From the NCBI GenBank assembly GCA_035536275.1, contig DATLOL010000168.1, positions 19,179-83,178 on the forward strand: a stretch of 64,000 nt of DNA, in the 5' to 3' direction. The notes beneath the pieces were generated by a model. The model did not search any database and was not told the origin of the DNA. It saw only the letters and a list, made by a program, of their open reading frames with translations. Each line of letters opens with the position of its first letter. Positions within the stretch are counted from its first letter, which is position 1. The position numbers were made by a program, and so were the translations under genes. This DNA is from Thermoanaerobaculia bacterium (lineage in GTDB: Bacteria; Acidobacteriota; Thermoanaerobaculia; Gp7-AA8). Below are positions 61,057 to 64,000 of this stretch, piece after piece.

Positions 61057-62061
61057 ATGAACGCCATGAAACGCGCACTCTCTCTCCTGCTGCTCGTTCT
61101 CGCTCTGCCGGCATCCGGCATCACCATCAAGACCCTCGACCTCGCCGACGTCGACGACGACCGGATCGAGATCACCGCGCCGGTCTGGGACGGCTCGAAA
61201 GCGGGGCCGGTGCTCGTCGGCACGTTCGAGTCGAAGTTCGACCGCCAGGTGGCCGGCAAGCTCGCCGGCGGCTTCCGCAACGCGATGATCTCGAGCTACG
61301 ACCTCGCTCCCACGCTGGACCTCGGGCAGATCTTCGCCGACACGCTGCGCGCGGAAGGGACGAAGCTCGGCCTGACCATGATGGCGCCGCAGGAAGCGCG
61401 GGCGCCGCAGTGGACCATCGACGGCACGATCCACAACGCCACCGTCGACATCCAGCACATGGGTTATGGCTCGCTGCTCTTCTATACGTACCTCGACGTC
61501 GAGGTACGTGCGACGCCGAAGGACGGCCAGCCCGTCACGCATCGCGTCCGCCCGGCGCGGCTCTTCGTCATGTACAACGCCGGCATGGGCATGGGCGACG
61601 AGGTTCAGGCGGCGCTGGCGAAGATCGTCCTCGTCGGCGCGCAGCAGACCCTGGCGCGCCTCAACCGCGAGCACTTCAAGGCGCCGGCGCTCCCGGCGAT
61701 GGAGACCAGGCTGGCCGGGCTGAGGCAGATCGACGACCGCGGCGAGACGGAGCTGCACGCGATCGGCCTCTCCGGCGTGCGCGGCGCGTCGGCCGCGCTG
61801 GCATCACGGCTGGAAACCGAGAAGGACGAGAACGTGCGCACGTCCATCGTCTACGCGCTGACCAGCCTCGGCGCGACCGAGCACGTGCCGCTGCTCATCC
61901 GGCGGTACGCGTCCGAAGACCCGGACGTGCGCTACGCCACCATCATCGCCCTGGCCGGCACCGGCACGCCGGAGGCGGTGGCGTTGATCCGGGAGAAGGG
62001 GACGAAAGACAAGACGGTGATCATCCGCAAACTGTCGGAGCGGCTGCTCAGCGGGCAATGA
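61057..62061 (+). CDS. Secreted protein with C-terminal HEAT/PBS-lyase-like repeats
   Basis: Signal peptide LLLLVLALPASG. The C-terminal ~100 aa carry repeats of ..D..VR......L...G. Confidence 0.6.
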   Translation: MNAMKRALSLLLLVLALPASGITIKTLDLADVDDDRIEITAPVWDGSKAGPVLVGTFESKFDRQVAGKLAGGFRNAMISSYDLAPTLDLGQIFADTLRAEGTKLGLTMMAPQEARAPQWTIDGTIHNATVDIQHMGYGSLLFYTYLDVEVRATPKDGQPVTHRVRPARLFVMYNAGMGMGDEVQAALAKIVLVGAQQTLARLNREHFKAPALPAMETRLAGLRQIDDRGETELHAIGLSGVRGASAALASRLETEKDENVRTSIVYALTSLGATEHVPLLIRRYASEDPDVRYATIIALAGTGTPEAVALIREKGTKDKTVIIRKLSERLLSGQ

Positions 62062-62632
62062 GCCCGCGCTGATGGGCGAGAGTCACGGCCTGGGCGCGGT
62101 TCTCCGCGCCCAGCTTGTTGAAGATCGAGGTGACGTGAAACTTGACCGTGCGCTCGGTGACGCGCAGCGCGGCCGCGATCTCCTTGTTCGACTTGCCGTC
62201 CGCGAGAAGGCGCATCACGTCGCGCTCGCGCGGTGAGAGCCGCGGCGCATGCGACAGCGCGGCCACGCGCGACGCGATGCGCGGGTCGAGATACTGCTCG
62301 CCGCGCGCAACAGTGCGGATGGCCCGGGCGATCTCCTCCAGCGCCGCGCCTTTGAGCAGATAGCCGCGCGCCCCGGCGCGCAGGACGGCGTCGATCTGCT
62401 CGTCGCTGGCGTACGCGGTGAGGACGAGCACGGGGATGTTCAGTCGCGCGATCGCGTCCGTCCCGCTCATGCCCGGCAACTCGAGATCGAGGAGGATGAC
62501 CTCCGCCGCCACACGCGACGCCAGCAGTTCTTCGGCCGAGGCGTAAGCCGCGGCGATCTCGAACTCCCGCGCCAGCGCGGCGATCAGTCCCTCGCGGACG
62601 ACGGGGTGGTCGTCGACGACGATGATCCTCAC
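62048..62632 (-). CDS. NarL/FixJ (LuxR-type HTH) response regulator
   Basis: REC (IIVVDDHP.VREGL ; LLDL.LPGMSG) plus LuxR HTH (LS.RE..V..L.A.G.SNKEIA..L.V.E.TVK.H...I..KLG). The GTG start shares GTGA with the HK stop. Confidence 0.9.
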   Translation of the reverse strand: MRIIVVDDHPVVREGLIAALAREFEIAAAYASAEELLASRVAAEVILLDLELPGMSGTDAIARLNIPVLVLTAYASDEQIDAVLRAGARGYLLKGAALEEIARAIRTVARGEQYLDPRIASRVAALSHAPRLSPRERDVMRLLADGKSNKEIAAALRVTERTVKFHVTSIFNKLGAENRAQAVTLAHQRGLIAR

Positions 62633-63705
62633 CGCGGCACCTTCACCACCACCCGCGTCCCACCGTCGCACGTGATCTTCAGCGTCCCGCCCGCGAGCCG
62701 TGCCCGCTCGCGCATCCCGCGGATACCGTGTCGGTCTTCCGGCACGCGCCGCACGTCGAAGCCGACGCCGTCGTCTTCGATGGCGAGTGTCGCCGCGGCC
62801 TTCGAGCACTGCAGCGACACGCGCACCTGCTTCGCTCTCGCGTGCGCATTCACGTTCGCCAGCGCCTGCTGGGCGATGCGATACAGCTCAGCCTCGACGG
62901 CGAGCGGCAGCGCGCACTCCGCGGTCTCGAGCGTCACCCGGATGCCCGACTGCGACGTGAACTCGCGGACGAGATTCGCCAGCGCCTGCGCCAGCGGCTT
63001 GCCGGCCAGAGGGCCCTCGCGAAGGTTCATCACCGAGCGACGCGCCTCGTCGAGCGTCGCGCGCGTGACGCGCAGGGCCGCGTCACTCTGTCCTGCCTCG
63101 ATCTGCAGTGCGATCGCGGTCAGGCTCTGCGCGATCGTGTCGTGGATCTCGCGCGCCAGACGCGTCCTCTCGTCGGCGCGCGCATGGGCCGCGCTCTCTT
63201 CGGCGAGCCGCGCCCGCTCGATGGCCACGCCGAGCTGAAACCCGATCGTCGACAACAGACGCAGCTCGCGCGCGGACAGGCGCCGCATCTCCGGCGCCGT
63301 GATGTTCAGGATCCCAAGACGCTTGCCCTGAAACGTCAGCGGCACGGATGCGTGATGGGCGATGTTGCGGGTCAGGTCGTCGCGATGCTCGTTCACCGCC
63401 GGACGAAGGCGGCTGCAGCCCATCACGTCCACGTTGCCCGGCTCCAGCGCGGCCGCGCGGAACTGCTCGATGCACCAGCACGACGCGCCGGTCATGCGCA
63501 CCGGCTCCTGCAGGTACGGCGGCAGGTTCCGCGCCGCGGCGTTGTAGATGTGGCCCGTCTCCGGATCGACGAGCCACACCCAGCCGGTATCGAGCTGCAG
63601 CTCCGAGGCGATGACCTCGAGCGTGCGCTCCAGCGCCTCCCGCACCGTGGCCGCGCTGTTCAGCGCCTCGGCGATGGCGGCGACGATCTCCAGGTCGCGC
63701 TTCAC
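62629..63705 (-). CDS. GAF + HisKA_3 sensor histidine kinase (NarX/DesK-type), cytoplasmic
   Basis: N-terminal GAF (..SVPL...GK.LGILN..), the HisKA_3 H-box ER.RLAREIHD..AQSL and HATPase (..V.D.G.GF ; G.GI.GM.ERA...GG). Confidence 0.9.
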   Translation of the reverse strand: MKRDLEIVAAIAEALNSAATVREALERTLEVIASELQLDTGWVWLVDPETGHIYNAAARNLPPYLQEPVRMTGASCWCIEQFRAAALEPGNVDVMGCSRLRPAVNEHRDDLTRNIAHHASVPLTFQGKRLGILNITAPEMRRLSARELRLLSTIGFQLGVAIERARLAEESAAHARADERTRLAREIHDTIAQSLTAIALQIEAGQSDAALRVTRATLDEARRSVMNLREGPLAGKPLAQALANLVREFTSQSGIRVTLETAECALPLAVEAELYRIAQQALANVNAHARAKQVRVSLQCSKAAATLAIEDDGVGFDVRRVPEDRHGIRGMRERARLAGGTLKITCDGGTRVVVKVPR

Positions 63706-63727
63706 GCGCGCAATGGTAGCGCCGGCA

Positions 63728-64000
63728 TTACGGCGTCATGATCCGGATGATCTGCGAGCGCTGCTTCGTCACGTCGGACATGTCCCGCAGCCGCACGTCG
63801 TAACCCTGCAGCTTGCGCGGCTCGATCGACATCATGGCGTTGTCCAGCGCGTCGAGGGCGCCGAGGTCGGAGATGAAGTACCAGACCATGTGCGTCCAGC
63901 TCTCCTCGGTCGGCAGCGCCTGCACGGACAGGCCCCACGGCGACATGCGCGACTTCACCGAGTCGAACGTCGGCTTCGCCCATTCGTTGAAGAGGGCCAC
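63728..64000 (-). CDS. Hypothetical protein, C-terminal fragment (5' end off-window)
   Basis: The frame is open to the window edge with coding-like GC3. No family is recognised. Confidence 0.45.
   Translation of the reverse strand: MALFNEWAKPTFDSVKSRMSPWGLSVQALPTEESWTHMVWYFISDLGALDALDNAMMSIEPRKLQGYDVRLRDMSDVTKQRSQIIRIMTP

Noticed and set aside
1-64000. Search for tRNA, rRNA, tmRNA, riboswitch-like leaders, prophage or integrative-element boundaries, and a compositional island around the CHAT operon.
   Set aside because: No cloverleaf-like or rRNA-like sequence was seen. There are no integrase, att-like direct repeats or phage genes. Apart from short AT-rich patches (52866-52908 and 53644-53666), GC content and codon bias look uniform by eye. 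The CHAT operon therefore does not stand out as a recent horizontal island from composition alone.

Overview
High-GC bacterial chromosomal segment. Gene content and repeat types suggest a soil Acidobacteria-like organism, but the taxon is inference only. I support about 65 protein-coding genes. I found no rRNA or tRNA, no transposase, integrase or phage genes, and no CRISPR array.

Most of the window is ordinary core or accessory metabolism:
- rph, glgC, a DnaJ-like gene, aroA, murB, xth, queA, ptrB and a POT transporter
- two ABC systems and two TetR regulators
- an ECF sigma/anti-sigma pair
- a LytS/LytTR pair and a GAF-HisKA_3/NarL two-component pair
- several secreted peptidases

The stand-out locus is a translationally coupled minus-strand operon at 20163-28681. 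It encodes a seven-GAF histidine kinase, then an aspartate-less receiver-like protein, then a REC + APH/ePK-like kinase, then a REC + CHAT (caspase-fold) protease, then a PD-(D/E)xK-like protein. No DNA-binding output domain is visible in the operon. I read this as a phosphorelay-gated enzymatic effector system (conflict, programmed death or proteolytic switch). I do not recognise it as a named system.

Other observations worth a second look:
- Intergenic hairpin elements are unusually dense and diverse, with at least six families. Many have stems built from 7-12 nt tandem sub-repeats.
- One hairpin element is inserted in-frame inside a CDS. Others supply start codons or C-terminal residues of genes.
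- A roughly 10 x 21-bp iteron-like tandem array lies upstream of a radical SAM gene.
- An N-lobe-less pseudokinase is fused to a receiver domain.
- A LigD polymerase domain is fused to an apparently degenerate phosphoesterase-like domain.
- A CARDB/BNR-propeller gene is frameshifted.

All family assignments come from reading motifs by eye in the supplied translations. No database search was run.
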